From Candidatus Tayloriibacteriota bacterium (GTDB lineage: Bacteria > Patescibacteriota > Minisyncoccia > Phycocordibacterales > PALSA-1337), in NCBI GenBank assembly GCA_003151615.1, contig PLXZ01000001.1, positions 67,795 to 131,794 of the forward strand: a DNA stretch of 64,000 bases, written 5' to 3'. The notes under the pieces were generated by a model that had not been told where the DNA came from, searched no databases, and saw only the letters and a program-made list of their open reading frames with translations. How positions within the stretch are numbered: position 1 is the stretch's first letter; every line of letters begins with the position of its first letter. This document shows, piece by piece, positions 18,538 through 26,846 of the stretch. The position numbers and the translations under genes were made by a program.

Positions 18538-19296
18538 TCAGACTATGAAATCTTTCCATCTTTGTGCATCGACAGTATCTTCTTGGTTATCACTATATAT
18601 CAAATTAAATTTTGGATGGTCGATATTTCGATACCAATAAATAACATTGTGTTTGCGAGGATAATAACTTTTAACTTGTCCCTGGTATGTCCTAAAATGC
18701 CAAATAATTTCATTGACCAGGTTTCCCTCACCGAATATCTCATCCAAAACCATTTTTACATAGTGCCCTTTTTTTTGATCAAGCTGTACAAAGATAGAGC
18801 CATCGGGTGCAAGCAATTCTTTTGCAACGACCAACCTTCTGCGTAAAAATTCAATAAATTCCGCGCCTTTCTTTTTGTCTACATAAGCCCTACTTCCCGA
18901 GGTCGTGGTAGTGAATTCTTCATCAGAAGCAAAGGGTGGGTCAATGTAGATAAGTTTTACCTTACCCTTAACTTTTCCTTTGACAAGCTCGTCTTCATTT
19001 TTATAAAAAGTTTTGAGAATTTGTAGGTTGTCACCGAATACCAAAAGATTATGCCAATCTTTAGCGGCAAGAGGATATTTTTCACCATTAAAGACTTTTT
19101 CAATTTGGAGGGGTACGGCTTTTGCCTCCTCGTTGTCTGCCAAGATATCCTCCTTTCGTGCCTTACCGGCATACACAAGTTCATACTCTTTTTGTTTAGT
19201 TGGAAAAAGAGCATACTTATACTCGGCAGGTATATCCTTACCGTTTTTTAAGCACTCAATTAAATATTCTTTATCGTATGAATTAAGATTCAGCAT
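18538..19296 (-). CDS. N-terminal catalytic half of a type III Mod-like / beta-class adenine DNA methyltransferase; truncated, lacking C-terminal AdoMet FxGxG motif
   Basis: LIYIDPPF motif IV, ...HYVKMVLDEIFGEGNLVNEIIWHF, ...RKHNVIYWYRN...KFN typical of Mod N-domain; ORF ends at 252 aa with no FxGSG downstream in any adjacent ORF. Confidence 0.65.
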   Translation of the reverse strand: MLNLNSYDKEYLIECLKNGKDIPAEYKYALFPTKQKEYELVYAGKARKEDILADNEEAKAVPLQIEKVFNGEKYPLAAKDWHNLLVFGDNLQILKTFYKNEDELVKGKVKGKVKLIYIDPPFASDEEFTTTTSGSRAYVDKKKGAEFIEFLRRRLVVAKELLAPDGSIFVQLDQKKGHYVKMVLDEIFGEGNLVNEIIWHFRTYQGQVKSYYPRKHNVIYWYRNIDHPKFNLIYSDNQEDTVDAQRWKDFIV

Positions 19297-19530
19297 AGGG
19301 TACAGCTATGCCGACTAAGATCCCCTTATTAAAAACAAGAAAGGGCACTCCCAGACGGTGTACCCATTCACGAATAGCCAAAGCCATCGATCCTGCCCGC
19401 TGAGAATGCCCTTTCAGGGCGGGATAGATGGACGACATAAAATGCCGAGCTACTCGAATGTAAATGGGTACATTTCATACTGTAACAAAAAAACTAAAAT
19501 TTTGCTAGGTCAAAATAGTCCTCTGTGTTT

Positions 19531-19556
19531 TAAACCATATTGTTTGAGTGTATAAT
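19531..19556 (+). promoter_or_regulatory. candidate sigma70-type promoter: TTAAAC, 15 nt spacer, extended -10 TGTATAAT, 7 nt before ATG 19564 (leaderless-like)
   Basis: ttaaaccatattgtttgagtgtataatagcaactATG. Confidence 0.35.
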
Positions 19557-19563
19557 AGCAACT

Positions 19564-20124
19564 ATGTCAAAAGATCTCTCCATAGAATATGCCCATATAT
19601 ACTCTAATAACAAGATCGGGGAGGAGCATAAGCTTTCGCTTGATATTCTAGGTAGCCTCCGTGACGAAGAAAAAGCTAAAGGCCACAGTATCTCCCTTGT
19701 AGTTCTTGTCGACGATTATTCCTTCCCTGATCCTGCATTTGACTACACGACCTTTTCAGCATGGCTCAGTGAGAACGGCTTCAAGCCAGACCTGGTACTA
19801 CGAGAATCACAGCTCATTCCACTCTGTGATGAGACGCTCAAGCTTGTGAATGACCCTAAACTCAAGGATCAGATCGGAGACTACGTCCGTCAGAAAAAAT
19901 ACCCATGTTCGTTATTCGTCGCTACATGGTATCTCCTTAGGCTCGGTTATCTTTCATCCCCGATCTTCAACGCCGAACTGGCAGCAAAAAATGTCATCAA
20001 TATATTACCCTTGAGTTTCAAACCGTTTGAAGAAAAAGCGTTGGAAATTATTGCGGCCACCAAATATGTGGATGCGGTTAAGAAAATCGATTGGCGATAC
20101 TTCGAAGGAAGATTGGTAGTATAA
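19564..20124 (+). CDS. hypothetical protein 186 aa
   Basis: ORF; start at MSKDLS directly after the candidate promoter. Confidence 0.5.
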   Translation: MSKDLSIEYAHIYSNNKIGEEHKLSLDILGSLRDEEKAKGHSISLVVLVDDYSFPDPAFDYTTFSAWLSENGFKPDLVLRESQLIPLCDETLKLVNDPKLKDQIGDYVRQKKYPCSLFVATWYLLRLGYLSSPIFNAELAAKNVINILPLSFKPFEEKALEIIAATKYVDAVKKIDWRYFEGRLVV

Positions 20125-20129
20125 TTTTA

Positions 20130-20558
20130 TTCATCATAGAGGTGGATAACCTCGTTGACACGACAAGGGCGGAGGTATAGCATGCTACTTCAGAGCTTAC
20201 TGCTCTCCTTAACAATGCAGTTGACCACTCCGTAGCAATACGGGGTACATAGGGCGACAACAATCGCCATCCTGTCGGTAGTGCGAGAGACGGTTCTTTT
20301 TCAGAACACCTGACGATGCTTGTGACGGATCAAAACAAAAGTCCAAACGAGCGCGTTTGTCGTGTCTGCGGACACACCGGGTTTGCATTCTGAGAGATTG
20401 CTATGTATCAATCCATCGACTATCGAGGGGCCGATATGCGCGTGACTCGTTCACTGTCGCTGGCCCCTCCCTTTTCACTAGAGTAACGTCTCATTCCTCC
20501 GAGAACGTTTGATGCCGCCGGGGCCCGTTGCACTTTCGCAACGGGCCCTATATTTTTT
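20130..20558 (+). ncRNA. candidate structured non-coding RNA (about 430 nt) of unknown class, ending in strong intrinsic terminator
   Basis: no ORF of 60 aa or more; GC-richer than flanks; many local hairpins (GAGGT-ggata-ACCTC; AGAGC-ttactg-GCTCT; CCGTA-GCAA-TACGG GNRA loop; GGCGA-caacaa-TCGCC; GTGTC-tgcg-GACAC; GAGGGGCC...GGCCCCTC) and 11-bp terminator stem. Confidence 0.4.
20520..20558 (+). terminator. rho-independent terminator GGGCCCGTTGC-actttc-GCAACGGGCCC + TATATTTTTT
   Basis: perfect 11-bp GC-rich stem followed by T-run. Confidence 0.8.
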
Positions 20559-20622
20559 CCAGAAAATGTGGTATTTTGATCTCAAACATAGCAACTTGAA
20601 ACTTTAACCGAAAGGCTCCGAT

Positions 20623-20970
20623 ATGTCTGAATCCTCTGATTACACCTGGTATATTGATACCTGCGGTGACAGCCGCACTAACGAATGCATTGCTCAAATG
20701 CTTACCGGCACCTCTGATGAATGCGAATGCTGGGAACAGCTCTGCGAAGACGATAAACGTCGCGCATTGTGGAGATGCCCCGATCACGAATTCCTATCAC
20801 GTTTCGAACATCACATGAAACGCTACAAATATCGCTATGCTATCTACAAGAAGAAGGGCAAGTATGGTGAGATTCGTCTCTGGCAATTCAGTCGTCCCGC
20901 CACTGTCCTCCGTAAGAACAAGCATCAGGCTGTTCCTGAACAGAAGGGACATCATCTTGTCACTGCATAA
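20623..20970 (+). CDS. Cys-rich small protein 115 aa (CGDSRTNEC...CECWEQLC...CPDH)
   Basis: ORF 60 nt after terminator. Confidence 0.4.
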   Translation: MSESSDYTWYIDTCGDSRTNECIAQMLTGTSDECECWEQLCEDDKRRALWRCPDHEFLSRFEHHMKRYKYRYAIYKKKGKYGEIRLWQFSRPATVLRKNKHQAVPEQKGHHLVTA

Positions 20971-21017
20971 ATTACACGTCACCCTTTCCTTCGAGGACTG
21001 GGTGATTTTTTCTCGAC

Positions 21018-21500
21018 TTAGATTTTAGTGGTTAGAAAAACATTGAGCTTGGCGAGTTGCTGTGTAAATCCGCCTTCCATACCCTCAACAGCCATTGCCG
21101 GTGCGGTTGCGGGGTTGTTTATTATCGCCCTAACTTTTACCTTGGTCTTGCCATTTTCCTCAGTCAATGTTACTTCCGTGGTCTGATCGATCATGGTTTC
21201 TTTATCCTGTCCCTCAGTCCAAGCCTTGGCAGTATACGATAGCTTCGACGGCGGTTCCACGACCGTAAATTCCGCTTTCATCGGCCATTTTGTACCTTTA
21301 TATTGACCCATTGCTTCTCCCGCTTCCATGACGATATAAAATGTGCCGCCAACACGTAGATCGACTGTGCATTCAGGGATGGTGACGTTATCCGGCCCCC
21401 ACCATTGCTTGAGCATTTTGGGATCTGTCCAAGCTTTCCAAACTGATGCTAGGGGAGCGTCAAAAACGCGTTCGAGTGTCAATTCTTTTTTATTTTTCAT
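21018..21500 (-). CDS. SRPBCC-superfamily protein (AHSA1/activator of Hsp90 ATPase-like, polyketide cyclase fold)
   Basis: LERVFDAPLASVWKAWTDPKMLKQWWGP... typical AHSA1/SRPBCC N-terminus. Confidence 0.7.
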   Translation of the reverse strand: MKNKKELTLERVFDAPLASVWKAWTDPKMLKQWWGPDNVTIPECTVDLRVGGTFYIVMEAGEAMGQYKGTKWPMKAEFTVVEPPSKLSYTAKAWTEGQDKETMIDQTTEVTLTEENGKTKVKVRAIINNPATAPAMAVEGMEGGFTQQLAKLNVFLTTKI

Positions 21501-21501
21501 A

Positions 21502-21843
21502 TTATTTATCTTTGTTTACTCTTTTAACTTTTAATAGTGTATCTAATTTATCAAAACGTTTATTCCAGATATCCGTCATTTTGTGAGTCCATTGTTCGAT
21601 CTCATAGACGGCATTCATGTCGAGCTGATACATGCGTTGCTGGCCCTGCTTCTCAACGTACACCACATGTGCTTCGCGAAGAACTTTTAAATGCTGAGAG
21701 ATGGCGGCGGTGCTTTGACTGAATGTATCGCTGATGTCCGTTGCGGGTAGCCGACCTTTTTTCGCGAGCATCTCAATGATATGACGCCGGGTGGGCTCGG
21801 CAATTACATAAAATATATCCATGAAGATATAGTATGGCAACAA
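21502..21843 (-). CDS. ArsR/SmtB-family transcriptional regulator
   Basis: AEPTRRHIIEMLAKKG...ISQHLKVLREAHVV winged-HTH; likely true start at internal MDIFYV (21822). Confidence 0.75.
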   Translation of the reverse strand: MLPYYIFMDIFYVIAEPTRRHIIEMLAKKGRLPATDISDTFSQSTAAISQHLKVLREAHVVYVEKQGQQRMYQLDMNAVYEIEQWTHKMTDIWNKRFDKLDTLLKVKRVNKDK

Positions 21844-21944
21844 GATAATTAAGTCAACACTTAATTATCCACATATTGGTCATTCTCTGATTTTTGACAT
21901 TTGTTGACATTTCATACAACAGCACGAATTATGGAGCAAGACAA

Positions 21945-21973
21945 ATGGGACACGGATTTTCGGAGTGTCCCAT
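21945..21973. promoter_or_regulatory. inverted repeat ATGGGACAC-N11-GTGTCCCAT upstream of arsR-like gene (candidate operator); related GTGTCCCATTTGTCCCATT at about 22062
   Basis: read directly; about 100 bp upstream of - strand ArsR start. Confidence 0.35.
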
Positions 21974-22204
21974 TCTCAAATATCTATTTTGCCCTTATTA
22001 GGCTTACCTATTTTTGGTGATACTATCGAAAAATGGCACGATCTGAAATATGCCTAAAAGTGTCCCATTTGTCCCATTTTGTTTTTAGCACCCCCGACCT
22101 AGGTTCCTCGGTTTAGTATGCTAAAATATCCTCAAAGGCCCTTACGGGGTCTTGTCTCATAAGGTTCGAGACAGGGCGGGGGCACAAGGAAAAAATAGGG
22201 TAAA

Positions 22205-22233
22205 ACAAAAAATCGCCGCTTGGCGATTTTTTG
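22205..22233. terminator. bidirectional terminator AATCGCC-gctt-GGCGATT with A-run/T-run, downstream of rpsT
   Basis: read directly. Confidence 0.7.
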
Positions 22234-22249
22234 TTAGAGTCTGTTTTGC

Positions 22250-22513
22250 TTAAGCAATCTTCTTCAAAGCCTTCATGACACGCGATTTCGTCCGCGCCGC
22301 CGCATTCTTCTTTATGTAGTTTTTCTTGACCGCCTTGTCGAGAGCTTGATAAATGACGGAAACGAGAGCTTGCGCTTCCTTGTGGCTTTTTGCGGCGACA
22401 AGCTTTCGGAATTTTTTGATCGGAGCGTCAAAAGCCGCGCGGGTGCGGAGGTTGACGATGCGCTTTCTGTTTCCTGCGCGGAGGGCCTTTTTTGCTGAAG
22501 ATGTTATCGGCAT
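22250..22513 (-). CDS. rpsT: 30S ribosomal protein S20
   Basis: MPITSSAKKALRAGNRKRIVNLRTRAA... S20 signature, 87 aa. Confidence 0.9.
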   Translation of the reverse strand: MPITSSAKKALRAGNRKRIVNLRTRAAFDAPIKKFRKLVAAKSHKEAQALVSVIYQALDKAVKKNYIKKNAAARTKSRVMKALKKIA

Positions 22514-22614
22514 GTGTTATTTATGGTTTTAGTTTGTGAGAGCAACATTATCACAGCGCCGTTTAAAATACAAGGAAAAATACAAGAAATCGCCAAATCA
22601 TATATAATGAACGC

Positions 22615-23244
22615 ATGATATCGCGCCTGACCGGAACAATCGTGCACACCGACCTGAAATACGTCGTTTTGGATGTGAACGGGGTCGGCTATAAAGTTTA
22701 CACCACGGCTGACCTGGCCAGCCGTATTGGAAACAGCGGAGGCACGGGCGGAAAAGATTCAAAAACAGTCACCGTTTGGACCTATCTCGCAGTGCGCGAC
22801 GATGCCATGGATTTATATGGCTTCCCCACGCTGTCGGAACTTAATTTCTTCGAACTGCTCATCGGTATTTCGGGAATCGGTCCGAAAACAGCTCTCGGCA
22901 TTTTGAATGTGGCATCAGTCGGAGCAATCGATAATGCGATCAGAAGCGGCGATGCCAGTCATCTCGTGAAGGTCGGCGGCTTGAGCAAAAAAATGGCGGA
23001 AAAAATCGTACTGGAATTACGCGATAAAATGGATGACATGCCAGAATTCGGCGAGACCGGCGGCGGACTTTCAGGACAAACAAAAGAAACCCAACGAAGC
23101 GATTCCGACACGATTGAGGCGTTGAAATCGCTCGGCTACACTCCGGCTGAAGCGCGCGACGCCCTCAAACAGCTCGACAAGGGTCTGAAAAACGCCTCGA
23201 CCGGCGAAAAAGTAAAGGCGGCATTGAAAGTTCTGGGGATGTAG
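22615..23244 (+). CDS. ruvA: Holliday junction DNA helicase RuvA
   Basis: MISRLTGTIVHTDLKYVVLDVNGVGYKV..., HhH LIGISGIGPKTALGIL, C-terminal domain III. Confidence 0.9.
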   Translation: MISRLTGTIVHTDLKYVVLDVNGVGYKVYTTADLASRIGNSGGTGGKDSKTVTVWTYLAVRDDAMDLYGFPTLSELNFFELLIGISGIGPKTALGILNVASVGAIDNAIRSGDASHLVKVGGLSKKMAEKIVLELRDKMDDMPEFGETGGGLSGQTKETQRSDSDTIEALKSLGYTPAEARDALKQLDKGLKNASTGEKVKAALKVLGM

Positions 23245-23271
23245 AAAACGCCGTACAATAAAGTAACAAAA

Positions 23272-24618
23272 ATGGAAAAAATCCTCCGTTCAACCGAAAA
23301 AATAATACCGAAAAAAATATATCGGCTTGGCCAGCCCATGTACCATTTCGGCCTTGCATTTTTGAGCGCCCTCTACTACCGCTTCCCTTCACGAAAGATA
23401 AAGATAATCGCCATTACCGGAACAAAAGGCAAAAGCTCGACTGGCGAATTGGTGAGCGCCATTCTCGAAAAAGCGGGATATAAAACCGCGCTTTCCAACA
23501 CGATCCGATTTAAAATCGGCGAAAAATCCCGCGACAATCTCTATAAAATGTCGATGCCCGGCCGCGGCTTCATGCAAAAATTCATCCACGAGGCTGTTGA
23601 CGCGAAATGTGATTATGCGATTATCGAAATGACTTCGCAGGGTTCTCTGCTCTACCGTCACCGCTTCATACACATGGATACGCTCATCGTCACCAACATT
23701 TCACCGGAACATATCGAGGCTCACGGCTCCTACGAAAATTATATCGCTTCAAAATTCGCAATCGGAAAACAACTCCGGCGTTCGCGAAAAAATAATAAGA
23801 TACTCATCGTAAATGCTGATGATATGGAGGCGAAAAAATTCCTGACCTTGCGCGCGGACAAAAAAATCGCCTATCGTCTGGCCGAAACCAAACCGTACAG
23901 CCTTCTCGAAAACGGCCTCGAATTCAGCTATGACTGCGTCCGCATTCAGTCCCGACTTTCCGGAATCTTCAACATTTACAACATGCTTGCGGCAATAAAG
24001 GCCACAGAGAGCCGTGGTGTGGAGCTTGAAAAAATAGTCGCGGCCCTACGCAATTTCACCGTCATTCGCGGCCGCATGGAATACATAAAGGCCGGCCAGG
24101 ATTTCAATGTCATTGTTGACTACGCCCACACAATTGATTCGCTCCAAAAAGTGTACGTTGCCCTGACTACGACGCACGCGAATAAAACGATATCCGACGG
24201 CGGAACCGGCAAAAATAAAAAAACTGCACCAATTACTCCGAAACTCATCGGCATCCTCGGAGGTACGGGCGGTGGTCGCGACAAATGGAAGCGAAAGGAA
24301 ATGGGCGCGGTCGCCGACGCGTACTGTGACTATGTCGTCCTGACGAATGAAGATCCGTATGACGAAGACCCGATGCAAATTATTAATGATGTTGCCGCGG
24401 GCTTCACTAAAAACAAACCTGCAATAATTCTCGACCGCCGTCTTGCCATCCGCGATGCAATCGCCCATGCAAAAACCGGCGACACAATCATCATCACCGG
24501 CAAAGGCACCGATCCGTTCATCATGGGACCAAATGGCAATAACATGCCGTGGAGCGATGCGCGAATTGTCCGCGAAGAACTCGAACGGCAGAAACTCGAA
24601 AAAGTGCCGAAAAAGTAG
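23272..24618 (+). CDS. Mur ligase family protein (MurE/MurF-like UDP-N-acetylmuramoyl peptide ligase)
   Basis: ITGTKGKSST P-loop, ...DYAIIEMTSQG...TNISPEHIEAHGSYENYIASK central domain motifs. Confidence 0.7.
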   Translation: MEKILRSTEKIIPKKIYRLGQPMYHFGLAFLSALYYRFPSRKIKIIAITGTKGKSSTGELVSAILEKAGYKTALSNTIRFKIGEKSRDNLYKMSMPGRGFMQKFIHEAVDAKCDYAIIEMTSQGSLLYRHRFIHMDTLIVTNISPEHIEAHGSYENYIASKFAIGKQLRRSRKNNKILIVNADDMEAKKFLTLRADKKIAYRLAETKPYSLLENGLEFSYDCVRIQSRLSGIFNIYNMLAAIKATESRGVELEKIVAALRNFTVIRGRMEYIKAGQDFNVIVDYAHTIDSLQKVYVALTTTHANKTISDGGTGKNKKTAPITPKLIGILGGTGGGRDKWKRKEMGAVADAYCDYVVLTNEDPYDEDPMQIINDVAAGFTKNKPAIILDRRLAIRDAIAHAKTGDTIIITGKGTDPFIMGPNGNNMPWSDARIVREELERQKLEKVPKK

Positions 24619-24630
24619 TAAGGTATATTC

Positions 24631-25611
24631 ATGCCTGAACTCCCCGAAGTACAAACAACCGTCAGCGGCCTTAACTCACGCGTCAGCGGATTGACCATTA
24701 CCGATGTTTGGACCGATTACGGAAGCGCTTTTTATAAAGGCAAGGATTCGATAAAAAATCCGGTCTTCTTCAGGCGATTTAAAAAAGAAGTCGTCGGGGC
24801 GAAAATTACCGGCGTCACAAGGCGCGCGAAAAATATTTTGATTCATATTGAAAAACCCCACGGCAAAGCCGGCGACAAGGAAAAAATAATTCTCGTTCAC
24901 ATGAAAATGACTGGGCACATTTTATATGCGCGTTTTAATCTCGACGCGAAAAAATCCGCGAAAAAGCAACGGGATCCGTGGACTCCCGCAACAGACGAAT
25001 CGAAAGCATTCCATGACCCCTTCAACCGCTTCATCCATTTTGTCATGACACTTTCGAACGGTCGCCAAATAGCCTTGTCAGATATGCGTAAATTCGCGAA
25101 AGTTACCCTTATTGACGGAGCACACGCCGAAACAGGCCTTCTCCATTCGCTTCATTTGGCGAACATCGGACCGGAACCGCTCGAAAAAAGTTTCACCTTC
25201 GATATCTTCAAATCACGCATCAACCGCAAACCGAACGGGAAAATAAAAATGGTCCTGATGGACCAGTCGATCATTGCCGGCGTGGGAAACATTTACAGCG
25301 ACGAGGCTCTATGGCGAACAGGCCTTAACCCGGAAGAACGAGTAAAAAATATTCCGGATTCGCTTCTTAAAACGCTGTATGCCGACGTGAAAAAAGTTCT
25401 TGAAAAAGGAATCGATTTTGGCGGCGATTCCATGTCGGATTACAGAAACATTGACGGCGAACGCGGCAAATTCCAGGAACAGCATCAGGCGTATCGAAAA
25501 ACGGGCAAGCCCTGCGCGCGACCGGGCTGCAAAGGAATTATCCAGCGCAAAATTGTGGGGGGACGAAGCGCGCATTTCTGCAGTGTCCACCAACGACTGC
25601 GTAAAAATTAA
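24631..25611 (+). CDS. mutM: formamidopyrimidine-DNA glycosylase (Fpg/MutM)
   Basis: MPELPEVQTT N-terminus (catalytic Pro2), C-terminal zinc finger CARPGC...CSVHQ. Confidence 0.85.
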   Translation: MPELPEVQTTVSGLNSRVSGLTITDVWTDYGSAFYKGKDSIKNPVFFRRFKKEVVGAKITGVTRRAKNILIHIEKPHGKAGDKEKIILVHMKMTGHILYARFNLDAKKSAKKQRDPWTPATDESKAFHDPFNRFIHFVMTLSNGRQIALSDMRKFAKVTLIDGAHAETGLLHSLHLANIGPEPLEKSFTFDIFKSRINRKPNGKIKMVLMDQSIIAGVGNIYSDEALWRTGLNPEERVKNIPDSLLKTLYADVKKVLEKGIDFGGDSMSDYRNIDGERGKFQEQHQAYRKTGKPCARPGCKGIIQRKIVGGRSAHFCSVHQRLRKN

Positions 25612-25781
25612 CGAGCAAGGGGTGTTGGGCGTGCTTTTTATTGCGTCATCATGCAAATGCGAATGCGAAAATCTTAGGCTATATTTAGAGCCATTTTTTC
25701 TGCTAAAACAATATTAAATTCGCATTTGCATGATGGTGATGTATTTACTGATAAAATCCAGCGGGATTAGAAGCGAAAAAA

Positions 25782-26351
25782 TTAAACGCGAGCATGGTCG
25801 GCAACGAGCATAAATAAAGCAATTCCTGCCGCAACAGATACGTTCAGCGATTCTTTTTTTCCTTTCATCGGTATTTCGGCGATAACATTTGCTAAATCGA
25901 GCAGATTTTTATTAACCCCGCCAACTTCGTTGCCAGGCACAAGCAGAATTTCAGAAATACCCGAAATTTTCACGGCAACATCCTTGCACGGAATAGACCG
26001 TGCGTCCTGCTCCAGAACAACGACTGCTCCGCCCGACTTTTTAAATTTTTTGACAAAAGTTTCAGCGCCCGTCTCGCCATCCGCTTCATCGATTCGCTCC
26101 CACGGAACAGTCATTTCCGCGCCCAAGGCCACTTTCGCAACATCAGCGCGCATTCGGCCAAATCGATCCGTCGGCGACGGCGTATATCCTGAAATATATA
26201 TTTTCGATACTCCGAAAGCATCAGCTGTCCTGAAAATTGAGCCCACATTATAAACGCTCCTTATATCGTGCAGTAAAATCGAGACTCTGGCATTTTTTTG
26301 CATCTTATATATACTATACAGTATGTTAAGCATGATTCCATCGCTTCTCAC
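25782..26351 (-). CDS. SpoU/TrmH-family RNA 2'-O-methyltransferase
   Basis: ...IRSVYNVGSIFRTADAFGV...LVPGNEVGGV...ESLNVSVAAGIALF SPOUT motifs. Confidence 0.7.
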   Translation of the reverse strand: MRSDGIMLNILYSIYKMQKNARVSILLHDIRSVYNVGSIFRTADAFGVSKIYISGYTPSPTDRFGRMRADVAKVALGAEMTVPWERIDEADGETGAETFVKKFKKSGGAVVVLEQDARSIPCKDVAVKISGISEILLVPGNEVGGVNKNLLDLANVIAEIPMKGKKESLNVSVAAGIALFMLVADHARV

Positions 26352-26691
26352 CTATCAAATGGCCGGACCGCTCATTATCCGTATCGTCCTTGGCGTTACC
26401 CTTTTTCATTTCGGCTACAAGAAAATCAAGGGCCGCGGGGACAGCTCCGGCAGCAACAGCCTCACCTACGGCGCGATCGAGGTCTTCATTTCAATATTTC
26501 TCATCATCGGCCTCTTCACCCAGATTGCCGCTCTCCTGAACGTCATCATCCTCGTGATAAAGCTCGGTTTCAAGGCCAAAACCGGGCAGTTTCTTTCTGA
26601 TGGCGTCAATTATTATATTTTGCTGCTCGTCATGGCCCTCTCGCTCATGTTCACCGGCCCCGGTTTCTTTGCATTCGATTTGCCTCTTTAA
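26323..26691 (+). CDS. DoxX-family small membrane protein
   Basis: four hydrophobic helices, LIIRIVLGVTLFHFGYKK DoxX-like N-terminus. Confidence 0.5.
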   Translation: MLSMIPSLLTYQMAGPLIIRIVLGVTLFHFGYKKIKGRGDSSGSNSLTYGAIEVFISIFLIIGLFTQIAALLNVIILVIKLGFKAKTGQFLSDGVNYYILLLVMALSLMFTGPGFFAFDLPL

Positions 26692-26773
26692 GTAAAAATC
26701 GCCGAGCAAAACTTGTTAAAACGTGCTTTTGTATGATATTGTTTTCAGGCGATAAAAAATTTAATGAGTGGTT

Positions 26774-26846
26774 GCGCCTATAGCTCAGTTGGTAGAGCAT
26801 CTCCCTTTTAAGGAGTGGGTCGTTGGTTCGATTCCAACTAGGCGCA
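26774..26846 (+). tRNA. tRNA-Lys (anticodon UUU), 73 nt; followed by CC
   Basis: acceptor GCGCCTA/TAGGCGC, D-arm GCTC-AGTTGGTA-GAGC, anticodon loop CTTTTAA, T-arm GTTGG-TTCGATT-CCAAC. Confidence 0.85.

Larger units (their letters stand above)
11080..19296. mobile_element. phage-like genomic island: serine recombinase, unknown-function operon, TerS-like HTH, two complete DNA MTases (one ParB-fused), truncated Mod-like MTase
   Basis: gene content; all genes on - strand; boundaries approximate, no att repeats found. Confidence 0.45.

Noticed and set aside
20130-20558. Assigning the structured non-coding region to RNase P RNA, tmRNA, SRP RNA or a T-box
   Set aside because: AAAGUCC and CAGAAC-like strings occur but in the wrong order for RNase P P4. 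There is no GGUUCGAUUCC T-loop, no SRP domain IV AGGAAGCAGC, and no T-box AGGGUGGNACCGCG. The class is left open.
22150-22200. tRNA-like T-arm (GGTTCGAGAC) upstream of rpsT
   Set aside because: No matching T-stem, acceptor stem or anticodon arm could be built; probably a chance similarity in the arsR/rpsT intergenic region.
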